This document shows positions 13,461 through 28,226 of a stretch of DNA of 64,000 bases, in pieces. The DNA is taken from the NCBI GenBank assembly GCA_964252035.1, contig OZ176212.1. One strand, given 5' to 3'. The DNA is from Podarcis erhardii (lineage: Eukaryota). The translations under genes were made by a program, and so were the position numbers. Positions within the stretch are counted from its first letter, which is position 1. Each line of letters starts with the position of its first letter. The notes beneath the pieces are model-generated. The model saw nothing but the letters and a program-made list of their open reading frames with translations, was not told where the DNA came from and did not search any database.

Positions 13461-16400
13461 CAGCTCTTAATGGTCCAAGACATAGAAAGAGCAACATCTT
13501 TTCCAGCCTGAGGTTACATCAAAGGACAAAAACAAATCTGTGTGTTGGCATAAAAGTTGAGCATTTGGGAGCTCACATAATTCCTTTCTGTGGCTTCATT
13601 CCCAGAGACTACAGCAGTGGAGTATTAAGAAGCAGAGTGATATATTATTACACAGCATTACAGGAGGGCTACTGTTGCTTGTTTATGGAGAGCATAAAAT
13701 CAAGGGACAATGTAGAGGAACTCGCTCTTTCAATTAATGGAACTGTACCAGACTCTGGAAAAGCACCCACATGTGATATTAACCCTCTCTTCACTTCTGC
13801 AGCCAGATACTACTTTACCAAATTTGACAACTTATTGAGCACTATTGAAATTTTCTGAATATTTATAGATTTCATGAGGAATCGGTGCTGGACTACAACT
13901 TCATCCCTGACCATTGGGCTTGATGGCCGTTGGTAACCCCAAATCATCTGAAGACCTAGGTTAGCCCCCCCCCCATGAATGGTGCTAGTCCATGGGGCAT
14001 TTCCTGGACATGGCTAGCTCCAGATTTTGTGGCTCTTGGGCAAAAGATCTGCAGTGAACCCCTGTCCTCATAGCTTGCCTGTCTCCGATTCCAATGACTG
14101 TAGTGGCAGTAGGCTTACTGGCTCTATTGGGAGGCAAGATTTAATTGTTTTGCAGCTGTCGTACCAACCCTTCTTCAGCCCCAGTCTCCATCACTTCTGA
14201 AAACCCGTACTAGTGTTCAAAGTAACTTCAAAACACACCAGCTTTTCTTCTGGTACTTCCAGTCTGCTGCTGCTGATGTTTGTGCTTGCACTCATGCGAG
14301 AGCTGGATTGAGGTGCTGCTGGATGACTGCAAGGAGGAGCAACTACCACTGTTCTGTGGAGGTAGTGCATGGCAGCAGCGTTTGCTGTTCTACAACCTGT
14401 CCAGTTCTGTCTGGCTTTGTGTGTTTGAGAACATATACAAGGCGAGTAGAGGAGCTGGTAGGCTAGCTGCAGGTAAGTGTGTATGTTTCTTTACAACTAC
14501 TTTGTTCCACTTCTGCTCAAGGTGGCCTGTTGAGCAGGAGCAGTGGTTTCCCCACTGTTTACGGGGCTAGAGTCCTGATGTCAGCAGTTGATGTTGAGCT
14601 ATCGTAGGTACCTCACAAAGCAGCCTACTACTGATCCTGATCTTGATAGAATTCTGCTTTGCCCCAGTGCCCAGACTCGGATAATGGTAACCGAGAGAAG
14701 CTTTTCTCTCCTGTTGCAAGTTGGAAAGTATTTACTTCTTGCATTCAAGTGTCCACCTTCCTGCTGCATAGAGAGAATTGCCAGCTGGGTGTGTGGCTGA
14801 CATGGAGTCCTGATATTGAAATTGGGTCTTTCATTTTTCCTCCAATTAAGGGAGCATGTGACTGTCCAGGAAAAATATACTGAAGATAAAGTATATTTTG
14901 TGGCAGCTATGACATAGAGGAGGAATTTCAGTGTTGTTGCATGGATTTGGTCTGAGGAACTGATCCAGCTGTAGACGTTAGGTTCCTTAGCTTGTGACTG
15001 CAATAATTTGCTACAACCCACACATAATTCTGTGGCTAAGGGAAATAAAATCCTTTAAAAAACAAACAAACCAAAACAGCAGATGTGTATTGTGCTCTGT
15101 AGCGAGGAAAGTACTTAAGGTGTAGCATTTAAATAACTTCAGCATTTCAGGCATTATGTCCTGCAGCCTTTGATAGAGACTCCATTAAGAGGATGGAAAG
15201 CAGAGAGGCCTTCATTTCAAAGGCTATTCAGCTAAGTGCAGGCTGTTTGTGTGTGGTTTTTTCTTCTTCTGAAAGCCTGCATTCATTGACAACAAGCATC
15301 CAAGAAGCAAACTGTCCGTTGACTTTTCACAGAAAAATGCAAGTATTACTGCTGGAGTATATTATAAGTACATCTAAGTTTGGGACTCACTTTTAACGAT
15401 ACTGCTGCTATAACGAACTATTTTAAAATTTATAGCAAGCAGTTTCTCTTTCTTCACTTGGAATATGGGCAGTGGTTTGAAAATTACTTGTTTTTATGAT
15501 GAAACTATTATGTAGGACTTGGGGTTCACCACACAACCACAGGGGCATTGTTCAGATTTGGGTGTCCTAAGAATCTTCATTCTATTTATTTAAGTTCCTA
15601 TAATGGCACCCAAAAATGTCTGATTCAGAACTTAATAAAGTTGAGTAGAATTTCAGCATTTTGGTGCTGAGGAAAGAAAGAACAAAGAGAGAGTCAGTGC
15701 CAAAAAAGAAGAAGCAAAGCTTCAAAATGAGTTTTGAAATGGAAGAAGCTGTGGTTGTTTCAATGAGGTTTCACTGAAGAAAGCCAGTCTTCAAGACAAT
15801 TATGTCTTTGTGGGAAAGGTGTGGTAGGAGATATCACTTTACATCTCCTGAGGTGTAAAGTGAGCTTCAACTGCTCACTAACTGATGAGCCCCTTTGCAT
15901 GGTGGCTTGGTAGGCATGCTTACCTTCAAACATACACCTAAAGTGAGACAGGAAGAGTTCTTTTTTTGAGGGGAGAAATACACATAAACTGGGCCCCTGC
16001 ATGGAGCATCTATGTTTACACATCTTGGATATGTGTTCAGATGAAGTTGTGTGTGTACATTGCAGAAGACTGTCAACTGGTTAAGTGTGTGAACTAGAAC
16101 TGAGGACTGATAATGAAAACAGAATCCTGTACTTATCCTTGGATTGGATTTAAGCATTTGGTGATATGCTTAAACTCTCTCTATTTCAGGGAACACAGAA
16201 GGAGGGCATGTGACTGATGTGAGGGTGGAATTTCAAGGTTTAATTCCAAAGGTTCTAGGCTGAAGACATCACATATATATTGCAGCTATGCAAGTGGAAG
16301 AAAGTGTTCTGCCTTGAGTATAGCCAGTACCTTAGATGCTGTGAGAAGTGGGACAGGGAACTGCCATGGGAAAATGGAAGGGGAATTAACTTGGGCATGT

Positions 16401-19400
16401 GAGCCTGGTGAAATAAGATGACAGATTGCCTAAAGCAAAAGTGGAAATACTCTGGCTGTGTTCACATATTTAGAGGTGTGGTGGTCTGGGGTTGCGGGAG
16501 GTCACAGAGCCTGCAGCAGAGTCCCTGTCATCAGTGACCATCCAATCAGCACTAAAGGTTGCTTTTTAGCCACAGAGACGTATTTTCACCCTTTGTGCTG
16601 ATGGGAGCCAGTCAGAGTAGAAGGAGGTGAGTCAGTGACAGGATTGGCTCCTAGCTAGGGTCACTCTGAGGAAGGCACACAGGAAGAATACAGAGGAGTT
16701 GTTCTGTATGCTCCAAAGCTAAATATTTAGGAACACTGAAAACACAAGGTGCTTCAGTTTCAAAATAATTGTTTGCAAGTTCTGTTACATACGTTGGAAC
16801 CTGAAGGAAAAGACAGTTGATGTCACTCCAAAAAAAGATATTTCAGCACTCCAAATTATTTGCACAGAAAATAGCAGCTCTATCTGAAAGGCAACACATG
16901 GAGATCTGTATTGATCATTGTAATACATCCCTAATTATTATTGTATAATTAAAACTCTTGTATAATCTTTTTTAAAAAATCTGTGTATTGATTTTGTATG
17001 ACATTGAACAAACCTAAGTGCATAATAATCTCCCTCCCACCTTTTAATTATTGTATTATTAGAAGGGTGTGTGGCTGTGGGGGGGGGGAGGTGCAGTTGT
17101 GACTCATGAAGGGACCCTTAATTTCTGAACTTGCCACAACACTACTGCACATAACCAACTGTAAGATGTAGTCTGAAACATGTTATAGATTACCAGTAAT
17201 GCAGTAATGTGCCCACCCTACTCCTCTCTGCTGAGTGGGGAGGAAATAAGCCACAGTTTAGCGTTATATGTGAATCAACACTTGCAGTTTGTTTCTCTCC
17301 ATGTGCTGATTTGCACATGATGTTACGCCATTGCTGTAGTTTGCTTATTTCCAGCTTGACAAAGGGAGGAGCAAGGTGGGAGCAGTTTGAACAGTTCCTC
17401 CTTGTTGATGTCATTGGATAAAAAGTGCTGTATAAGGGCAAAGGATTTCATTATCTCAAAACTGTTGAAATTCTCAATCTGTAGGTTCAACAGGATGAAT
17501 AAAAGGGACTAAGGCTACCCTAGACTCCCCGCCTTCTATGTATATATTTCATGGATTTCACAGCACAGGTTGTTAGTTTACGATGCAAGGGAGAGAAGGG
17601 GAGATGACCAAAACAATGAATGTCACCCTTTGTTTGCCCTTCCCATTATGTGGTCTTCTGTGCTGCCACCAAGTAGATGGTTGCCCCCCCCCCCAACTGC
17701 CTTAATTGAAAGAGCACTTTATATTAGGGGCAGGGAACCTGTGGCCCAATAGATGTTGCTAGACTACATCTTCCATCATCCCAGACGCTGTATGGAAATA
17801 GATATATGAGTCATCCCAGACGCTGTATGGAAATAGATATATGAGTCCAACAATATCTGGAGGGCCCTCGGGCCCCCAAACGTGTGTTATAACTTTGGTG
17901 TTTCTTGTAGACTTTTTGCTGACCCAGCTGGACTGGATAAAGTGCAGCTTGGATGTGAGTTGAAAATCAAGGAATCGGGCCAAGGCTAAATCTCCATTAA
18001 ATTTAGTTTTTACTAAAGGCGTTGAAAAGCAGTAGTTATTATAATGGTGCTTCTAGGGGAAAAACAAGGTTTTAAAGCTGCGTTAGCAGTTAAGCAACTA
18101 GGATATGAAAGTAACATGGTAAAACACATCCATTTAAATCTTGTCTACAATGTTTTCCTACTTAAGCAAAGTTTACTTCAGCTCATCCTACTTCTGTGGC
18201 AGGGCAGTTTCCAGACTTCTTGTTTAGATCAGCTTCTTTTATCCCTGTAATCTGGGTCTTATGCAACTCTCAGCATCCTGGCTTTTTCCAGTTTTAATCT
18301 TTTTGAATGGACTTCCTGTCTTGTCAGTTTCACTTATAAGCAATATTCCATTCAATCAGTAGTGCAATAGAGTATTGCTAAATTTCTAATTTGTATAAGG
18401 TTTCTCTTTGTAGTTTACCTTCCATGATCTTTTTGACACACACCCCACCTGGAACAGCTAAATTCCAAATGACCCAATACCTAAACAGAAGGCAACCATT
18501 TTATAACTAAACACAAAATGGCTGAAGTTTAGTTTTCTTCACACACATTTGGAATCAAAGGAAACAGGGTTGTATTCAACCAAATCCTACTCAGAATAGA
18601 CCCATAGAAACCAATGAACCTAAGTTAGTAATGTCCTTTATTTTCAGTGGTTCTACTCTCAGTACACCTCACATAAATTGTGTCAGTTTAAAAATTAATT
18701 ATAACAAAATAAATTGCCAGATAATCTTAGTAAAGCACTTATCTGAGCTGTTTGTACCAACTCTGCCATGAAGCTCTATTTTTATATTAAACTATATTAT
18801 AAAAATAGTTCCTTTGACAATGATCTATGCCTATGGCAGAGTTAAGTAATGTGCAGCCACTCAGTCTGAATGTAGGACATGAAATCATGGTGCAGCTGTC
18901 ATGTAGAGGGAAAACGGCAATTTTCTAAACTTTATAGTTGCACAGCTAAATATAATAGGCCAAAATGATAAAAGAAGGAAATTAAAAATCCTTGAGGCTA
19001 ATTCTGCCCTGAAGGACAGGATAGAAATTTAATAAATAAATATTTTTTATTTTGCTGATCCTTGCATAATCTGCTTTAAAAATGCTGCCAATTTCTAGAG
19101 AGATCTTGACCTTGTTTTAAAGTACAAACTTAGAAGTCCTTTTTATAATTAAACTTGCTTTTCTACTCTAAGATGCCTGACAAAAACTGATTTCATGAGT
19201 GTAGTGATTTGATGCAAGTAAGTGAATTCCCTTTTCCTCTGCCCCATTCTCATAGAAGATCCAGTTGATTCCAGCTACCATTTTATTGACATTGAGTGAG
19301 TCATATGATCCTATGTGCAACCATGAATGAATCTTCAGTAACATGAGATTTCAGAGAAACATTATTTTGGGCTGGCTCTAAAGTAGGTTGTGCGTTCATG

Positions 19401-20288
19401 CTTACAGCATGTGTATCTATAAATGGTTTTTCCATTCTAATTATAAAGCTTATTTCATAACATTTTTGAGAAGTTGAATTATACACCAAAAGTCTAGTAG
19501 CCCCCTCTGCTGAGTGAATATCACACTTCATGGGACCAGTGATGTGATGTGCCTGACCTGGTGAACAGCAGCAACCAAATACAAATCAGTGGCCTATTTA
19601 AGGGACTACCTTTCATGCAGGGTAGGTAGAGATTAGGGTAGCAATGAGCAGATCCACACCATAAATTTGAAGCACATTCAGTGCATATAACCTTCCCCTA
19701 AAGAATTCTGGGAACTGTAGTTTCACACTCAGAGCTGTAATGTCCTGGGGGGGGGAGGCGGGGAGGAAAGAGAAGGGGGAGGGAATAAAAGGGGGCAGAC
19801 ATCAAGGGAAAAAAACTTTAGCAATCATGCACCCCCACACACCATTGCACCCAATTGTGTTTTGACTCTACTTGATTTTGGCTTTATGCCCTATCTATAG
19901 AATGTAACCCCCATGTAAGCTGTGGGTCTAGTGTGTTTTATTTTTGTTCAGTTGCATTAATTATGTCTCAATTTGTTTCTGTACCTATAGATTAGCATCT
20001 GCAAATTTTATGTAAATATACCTTTCTGTCCATTTTTAATGATACAGTTTCCACTCTTTGTGGGTGGGTGGGTGGGTGGTTTGCTAGTAACTATCCTAGT
20101 AGAAGTGGGTGGAGATTGACATTATGTGACATTTTTGCCACAATCTTTGGTGATGTTCTAAAGTTCATCACAACTGGGGCTGAGACTGTAACTGAGCTAC
20201 CACTGCATAGAACAAGTTTTTATTTTAGGGGCAGACATTCTGTTAGCAATAATTTTACTTTTGTGGCAAATTTGTTGGCTCTCCAAAG

Positions 20289-20560
20289 CAGGGGTCGTCG
20301 GCAAGGTTTACCTCGCATGGGCCAGTTCACTCCAGCAGAGATACTTTTGTGTGCCGGATTGCACGTGCGTGTGAATGCACGCACCCGCGATTTCCGGTGT
20401 CTGTGCAGACATGATGATCAGCGCCATGGAAGTAAGTCCCCACTCCGTGCTGTGCCAGTTTAGCGCAGTGGGCGGGGACTCGCCGAGCAGTCGGCTCGGT
20501 TCAGGGGTGGCTTGTGGGCTGGTTAAACAACCCCCGTGGGCCTTAGGTTGCCTAACCCTG
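20289..20560. mobile_element. hAT-type MITE
   Basis: Termini CAGGGGTC... / ...TGCCTAACCCTG with near-identical 8-bp flanks ctccaaag / ccccaaag (hAT-length TSD). Confidence 0.7.
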
Positions 20561-20640
20561 CCCCAAAGCCTTTGAGATAAAATTATGTCTTATTTGGTGA
20601 TTCCTTATCCTGCAGTCTCCAGCCCTTTCACTTAGTAGTA

Positions 20641-20882
20641 CAGTGGTACCTTGGGTTAAGTACTTAATTTGTTCTGGAGGTCTGTTCTTAACCTGAAACT
20701 GTTCTTAACCTGAAGCACCACTTTAGCTAATAGGGCCTCCTGCTGCCACCGTGCCGCCGGAGCACGATTTCTGTTCTCATCCTGAAGCAAAGTTCTTAAC
20801 CTGAGGTAATATTTCTGGGTTAGCGGAGTCTATAACCTGAAGCATATGTAACCTGAAGCGTATGTAACCTGAGGTACCACTG
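20641..20882 (-). mobile_element. Tc1/mariner MITE, CAGTGGTACC family, copy 1 (opposite orientation to copies 2 and 3)
   Basis: TA-CAGTGGTACCT...AGGTACCACTG-TA; internal sequence is the reverse complement of the copies at 47.0 and 56.5 kb. Confidence 0.9.
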
Positions 20883-23261
20883 TAAAGTACATATCCAGTT
20901 CCACAGCAGGAATAGGAAATGGAATGTCACAGGGATAGGCTAGAAAAAGGGATTCTTTAAAAAAGAAGCTTTTTATTTTTTCTTTCCTCTAAAGAGCTCA
21001 GGGCAGCATGCATGGTATTTCCGTCCTCATTTTATTCTTACAATTGTGTGTTGAAGTCAGTCCAGGAGATTGGCCCAATAAACTTATGGCTGGGCAGAGA
21101 TTTGAACAGAGGCCTCTCTGGTCCCTACTCTTCCATTACTAGTAAGGAGTTGTAGGATAGAGCAGAACTAGAACTAATACCGGACTAAATTAGTGCTGAT
21201 TAATCCCAAGAGACATGTATTGACCCATCTTTAATGGGAAACAAAGAACAGCTTTTAGAATGTTCATTCCCATGCCAGGCCACTTCATCAGTTATCTATG
21301 CCCCATTGTAGTCTTCACAGATCACTTCAACTGTAGAAAGTTAAATGTGTAAAGACAATATAGTGTGGTTACTTTTAGTAATAAAGGGATACTCTGAATA
21401 ATTCTGTCTAACAAACAAAGCAAGAACAATCTGTTTCTTAGATTGTTTTTTGTTTCTTTAGGCAAAATTATCCCTTTTCCAAAGAGCAGTTTCTTTCTCC
21501 TGCCGGAACTAATGTGCAAATGAAGGGGAAAAGCAATAGGCTTTTGGAGCAGAACATTGCAATATCATCTGGAATGGCTCAAGTCATACGCTGCCATAAG
21601 CATTATGGGAAGCATGGCTGTGACTCTGCTCCAACTAAAGTCTAGACTGGCATTCTAGTATTTATTTAGTGGGTTTCTATCCTGCTTTTTTTAACTGAGT
21701 TCTCAAAGTGGCTTACAATGTAACAAAATGCAGGTAATACATTAAAAGCTCCACACCTTTGGGGGTGGGAGAACAAGTCTGGCTGATATCTTCACCCCCT
21801 TTCTATCCATATGTTGATTTTTTAAGTTGTTTGTAATAAAATGGACAACGCTCCTAATCAAAGAAGACCCAGGGAACCAGAAGCAATGCACTTTAAATCA
21901 GTGTGTCAAGTTGATAGCTTAAATGAACAATTATTGCCTTATTCTGCCATTAAAAAAATGCAATTCTGGAAAATAGATGTAGGTTAGGGGTAAGGCAGTT
22001 CACATGATGTTTGCAGAAGCCTCACAAGCTATATATCAAACTAAGAATTAGATTTTTTTAATGTTCAAGAAAGAAAACTCAGAATCTCAAGAAGTCATTT
22101 CATGCTAGAATGCCAATTCACACAAAGTGTAATGAGCATCTCTAATTCTTCCAACTGCCTGTAATAAAATTACAGCATGCAAGTGCATGTGTAGTTTGGT
22201 TTTTTAAAAATGAATTGGGAGCACTAAATTAGTTCAGTGCTGATTATTCCTCAGTGCTATTGAGTACCAGCATTTTGCATCCACTTTTGGCCTGTCATAT
22301 GCACAGAATTGTCCCATGAAAATTATAGCCTACCATATTATGTTTATTATAATGCCACATGAGCTAGGAATAACGGTTAACTATGAGAAGGTGCTCAGAT
22401 CCGGCTAAAGTTGGTTATGATTAACTAAGGCTGCAGATTGTTCTCAAAGGCTTCGTACACTGTATTCACCTCACAGAGCTACAATTCCCAATGTGTTTAA
22501 CCTATAGTTCCCAAGATTCTTCGGAGGAAGTCATGTGCTTTAAATATACAGTACATGGTGAACATGTGAAATAGGCCCAGTCTGAAAACAACTGTTTTCT
22601 GGAGGCATTGCACTTGAAAGTTGAGATGGACAAATCTGACAGTTTCTGATCTGTCAGGTTTTGTGGGGGTTTTTGCATGTTTTTACCCATAATTTCATGC
22701 TACTTCTGCATTAATCCTCTCAAAATGCATATTTATGTTTATGTGTGTTCTCAAAGTATATATTTAAATATATATTCTAAGATAATTTTTAAATTGCTGA
22801 GGTGCATTGCAATGTTTGGAGAAGTGTAAAATCCAATAGATTGCTGAATTCTGATCCGCACAGTAGTATTATATTTCATATAATAATTTATGAAAACTGA
22901 ATTCTTCTAGCATTCATATCTCAGAGGGGGAGCATGTCCTCACTTCATTGTAACAAAAATGTTTTGTGAGCATCTAATTCTTGCTGACTGGTCGTCATGA
23001 CTGGTTGCTTGCATTATGTAGGCTTCCCCCCCTCGCTAAGTGTTTTTGTGTTTTGTTCTATAAATTTCCAGTAATACAACTGTCTTGAGTGATTAATTGT
23101 AATAAAGGGTGCTTTGGAAGATTGACAGATGATCAGCTAGACAATTAAATTATTCATTTGTATGTGCAGAGCGCACAGTGGTGGGAGGCAGTAGTTGATG
23201 TATAGGAGCATATTTCAGAGCTGTATGCATTCCCACACAAAATATAACTGCTATCTTGTAA

Positions 23262-23478
23262 CAGATAGGTAGCCGTGTTGGTCTGCCATAGTCAAAACAA
23301 AACAAATTCCTTCCAGTAGCACCTTAAAGACCAACTAAGTCAGTTCTTGGTATGAGCTTTCGTGTGCATGCACACTTCTTCAGATACTGGTATCTGAAGA
23401 AGTGTGCATGCACACGAAAGCTCATACCAAGAACTGACTTAGTTGGTCTTTAAGGTGCTACTGGAAGGAATTTGTTTT
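23262..23478. mobile_element. Penelope-like inverted terminus forming a perfect hairpin
   Basis: 90-bp arms 23298-23387 and 23390-23479 with 2-nt spacer; 12-bp direct repeat gctatcttgtaa at 23250-23261 and 23479-23490. Confidence 0.7.
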
Positions 23479-23709
23479 GCTATCTTGTAATTCAGATTTG
23501 GCCTTAAAGTACAACTATCAGTGTGCTTCCCTTGTTCGTGTATAAAATAACCACACACTCCAGTCTGCTCTATTTGAAGCCTAATTTCAGTGAGGGGAGA
23601 GGATCCAGTGGTACCAGGAAAGGCCCATACGGGCATAACTGCACTCACAGGTCCTAGAATGGAAATTGCACTCTGTGAGTATAACTTTCACTATCTGAGG
23701 TCCAAACTA

Positions 23710-24387
23710 TTTGTTGTTATTGTTTAGTCGTTTAGTTGTGTCCGACTCTTCGTGACCGCATGGACCAGAGCACTGCAGGCACTCCTGTCTTCCGCTGCCT
23801 TCTGCAGCTTGGTCAAACTCATGTTGGTTGCTTCGAGAACACTGTCCAACCATCTTGCCCTCTGTCGTCCCCTTCTCCTTGTGCCCTCCATCTTTCCCAG
23901 CATCAGGGTCTTTTCCAGGGAGTCTGCTCATGAGGTGGCCAAAGTATTGGAGCCTCAGCTTCAGGATCTGTCCTTCCAGTGAGCACTCAGGGCTGATTTC
24001 CTTAAGAATGGATAGGTTTGATCTTCTTGCAGTCCATGGGACTCTCAAGAGCCTCCTCCAGCACCATAATTCAAAAGCATCAATTCTTCAGTGATCAGCC
24101 TTCTTTATGGTTCAGCTCTCACTTCCATACATCACTACTCAGAAAACCATAGCTTTAACTATACGGGCCTTTGTTGGCAAGGTGAGGTCTCTGCTTTTTA
24201 AGATGCTGTCTAGGTTTGTCATCACTTTTCTCCAAAGAAGCAGGCGTCTTTTAATTTCGTGACTGCTGTCACCATCTGCAGTGATCATGGAACCCAAGAA
24301 AGTAAAATCTCTCACTGCCTCCATTTCTTCCCCTTCTGTTTGCCAGGAGGAGATGGGACCAGTGGCCATGATCTTAGTTTTTTTTTA
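23710..24387 (-). mobile_element. Bov-B (RTE clade) LINE 3' fragment
   Basis: Minus-strand peptides MATGPISSWQ...DFTFLGSMITADGDSSHEIKRRLLL and ...LKLRLQYFGHLM are typical of the Bov-B ORF C-terminus; (AAC)n-like tail. Confidence 0.9.
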
Positions 24388-25329
24388 TGCTAAACTATAT
24401 GTGATGCTAAATGTGTAGAAATGTGTTAAGTACTAGGTGCTGTGCCTTTGCTTGCCAACTCTACCTTACCCCCAATCCTCCTCAAAGCCATTTACCCTTC
24501 TCCATACTTCTCGCCAAACCTACCACCTTCCTTTGCCCTTTGCAAAGATAACCCAGCAAGTCCAAGCTTACTGTGACAGCCACCTGATTTTCTCCACACT
24601 CATACCCTTGCATTTCTAGCATCTTCTGTGGTGATTTCCCTAACACCAGCATCCAGGAATATAGCTAGGACTGGCTAGAGGCAGTCTATGTGTGTGGAAA
24701 GGAGATTGTTGCTGTGGCCCCAGTGCCTGCTATTTGCACTAGAAAAGCCTATAGGGTGAATAGGGTCTCTCTCACACCATGAAATAGCAGGTCCCTTGGC
24801 TCCCTTAAAAAAGCTCAAAATTTTAGCCCTGCAACCCCCCCAATGGTGCTCTCCTGCTCCCTAAAATGCTCAACAACTTTGACCTGAACCCCCAAAAAGC
24901 AGGTAGATCGCAGCCTCTTGGGAGTTGGCCACCCTTGCCACAGGCCATCTGGTTGGCCAGTGTGAAAAACGATGTAGAATTACACGGCCCTTCAGTCTGA
25001 TCTAGCAGGGTTCTTCATATATTCAAACTGCTGTTCTGGAATTTCATAAATCTCTGTCTGGTCTGTATTAGGCAGCATTTCTTTTACTTCTCTTGAAGAA
25101 TCAAGTACTCAGTTTGGGTGTGTTCCTGGCTCATTACTCGAATTTTCAAATGGTAGTAGTGGCCTGGAGCACTTTCCAGCAGCTTTGGCTTGTGTACATT
25201 GATAAAATGGATCTGCCCACAGTCATTCGTCTGCTTGTTACATTCAGATTTGATTATCATAATGTGGTTATGTTTCCTGCCACTAAGTGAACATCTTTAC
25301 TCTTCATGGCTTCCTCTACTGAAACAGCA

Positions 25330-26450
25330 CTTTATCCTTTGTAACTCTGTATTTTCAATTTTACTTAATAATGACAATTTGTTTTACATATATAACATCC
25401 TTAGTCACTTTGATCGACTCTCCCCCCACCCCAATTTCCAAATTTCCCCTTTTTATTTTCATTGCATCTAATTATTTATCCACTTAAATTTTACTTTAAA
25501 TTTCTCATCATGCTTCTCGCTTTAGTTCATAAATGATACAACAATCCTGCTAATGTCTCAACATTCTTGCAATGTTCTTTGAAATAAACTATGAAGTTTT
25601 TCCAGTCTTAACTAAATTTTCCTTCATCTTGGTGCCTGATCTTCATGGTTAATTTTGCCATTTCGGCATAGTACATCATCTTTATCCTCCATTCTTCTTT
25701 CGTTGGTAGACACTCATCGTTCCACTTCTGGGCAAGCAGCATTCTGGCAGCTGTGGTCGCATTCATGAACAGTCGCTTTTGCTTCTTTGCTACTTCCTCT
25801 CCTAAAATTCCTCTGGTTTTCTAACAAAAAACCTCTGGTTTTCTAACAAAAGTTTACAATCCCCCCCCCCATTTCATTGTATATCATTTCCCAGAAGCTT
25901 TTTACCTTTTTACATGTCCACCATGTACCTTCTTATTCTTTAAATTTCCAACAGATATTAGATGAATTTTTGTACATCTTAGTAAGCTTTACCAGAGTTA
26001 AATACCATCTATACATCATTTTCATATAGTTTTCTTTTAGTTAACTACATGCCGTAAATTTCTTTCCACAGCTTTCCCCATGATTCAAGTGGTATGTTAT
26101 ATCCTATATCTTGTGCCCAGTGTATTATTACTGCCTTTACCTCTTTGTCTTTCATTTCCCATTCCAACAGGAGCTTGTACATTTTTGATAACAATTTCTA
26201 ATTATTATCCAGTAATTCCTTTTTGAACTTTGAGAATTCCTTCCCAAAGCCCGTCTCTTTATCACTTCTAAATATGTCAATTGGTTAGAAATATTGTAAC
26301 CAATCTGTTAACATAGATTTTATATCGTTATATTCCTTCATCTTTAATTTATAATCTGATTCTGTTAACAGATAATTTATATGTTGACCAATTGCCTATC
26401 ATATATTCTCTGTAACTTTCATGTCTCCTGTGTACTTTCTTTCTTACCCA
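25330..26450 (-). mobile_element. Decayed L1/Tx1-like LINE 3' fragment
   Basis: A-rich minus strand resembling the end of squamate L1-type ORF2 plus 3' UTR; many stops; boundaries approximate. Confidence 0.45.
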
Positions 26451-27812
26451 GCTAACTAACATACTGAGTACAGTGAGAAAGCATGGTGTTGCAGTCAAGG
26501 CATTAGACCAGGGTTAAATGGAACAATTAATTTAAAGAGAATTTATTTTATTCTCAAATTTTAAAATGAAAACTTAAAACCTTTTTCAAATTTCAGCCTT
26601 CAAATTTAACCACTTCCCCTCTTGCATAGCTGTGAAATACATGGTTGTTTTTAATTTGTTTGCTTCTCCTATCATTAGTGTCCAATGACATTCCATTTAA
26701 GAACGGCAAGAAGAGTGCCAACATGATCATATGATATATATCATTACAGTGGTTTATTTTAAGCAGGCAATTCCTACCCCTCACCCCCATCTAACTTGAA
26801 TGTCTTGTGAAATTAAGTGCACATTTAGTTTTATTCTTCTATATCAAACTGATACAAACTTTTGTAATATTTGTTGGAGGGAGTCTAGAAAGTATACCCT
26901 CTGACTTCCAAACATTTTTGTATCTGATTTAGGACATATTTTTAATTGCATAATAAACAACACTGCAGGAGACAGCATACAAAGTAGCAAAAAACTAGGG
27001 CTTGAGGATGCTGTTAATTAGAAGGTGTAATTCTGTATCTGTTGCTGGACTTTCACTTATGTTTGCAAACAATGGATTGATACTCTGCTTACACATCTGA
27101 AAAACTAATGCATAGAAAACATGTTGGGGGTAAGCTAGAACTTGTGTGAAACACAATGCCATTTCATGCAAAATAATACCATGTCATGTAAAATTGGTGG
27201 TATTTTTATTTTTTGTGAAAACATGCACGCTTCATTCCCAAAGCTACCAGGGAAGCTTAGAGTTAGAATTTTCTGTTTCTGCAAAATGATATGTTGTTGC
27301 TGATCACTTAAGTCACAGTTATTAGCTACTTTAAAAATATGGTGTTTTTCTTCTTCCCACTACCTGAGGTTTCAGATTGCAAAATTGCTTGCTATCATAG
27401 TCATAAGCTAAATAATGTCTCACTTTGGATTTACTTGAAATCGGGAATCCCCCATCATCTCTAGCATAGTTTATAGAATCTATGCTGTAGATGGATAACT
27501 GGTAGATCTTGGGCCTCATTGAGTCTTCTTGGGATTGGGAGAATGTGGTACTGCTTCTTACCTCTCATGTGTTATGAATAAGACTGACCCAAAGGCTTCT
27601 GCAGCATCACAGCTGTTGATGGAATTAGCTCTCATTTCTGAATGAGCCAGCTGCATTCTTCACCATGGGAGGATGAATACTATGTAAAAAAAATTACTGG
27701 GGGTAGTGGTAGGGAAATGCTAAGACCTTATGGCTGGAGGAGTTTCTGCTCTAAAGCACTAAAGGAAGCCTGATCCCACCATCTACTAAACTAAAGAACC
27801 TGACCTTTGATA

Positions 27813-27848
<36 letters not shown>

Positions 27849-28226
27849 ACAGCCTATTATGTCAGGTGGGAGGCAGGTGAGTATGGTTTGGGGAAAACTA
27901 CTTCATGGGCTAAATGGGGAGAGTTGGTGGGCCAAATTTGGTCCACAGACCAGAAGTTTCCTTAAGGGTGTCAGTAGCAACGAAGGGTGATAATGATATT
28001 TGCAGAGATCTGGTTGTTTGGTATGGATTTAGGTAGTCACAATTTTGGAGTAAGATGGATGATGAACATGTATTGCAAAGGAGGCAGGAGCTACAGAAGA
28101 AGGCTTGCTTTTTAAACTTTACTGACATTCTGCAATAATCTACTCTTTTCAAGTCACACCAAAACTTTATTGCTATGGTCAATAACCAGTACTACTATTC
28201 ATTTTCTAGATAACCTTTGTGACAAG

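Noticed and set aside
17777-17846. 35-bp direct duplication inside a small repeat, and the 22-bp duplication near 41827-41870
   Set aside because: Simple slippage duplications with no sign of function.
20062-20076. (GGGT)4 G-quadruplex motif
   Set aside because: A common microsatellite-like motif with no supporting context.
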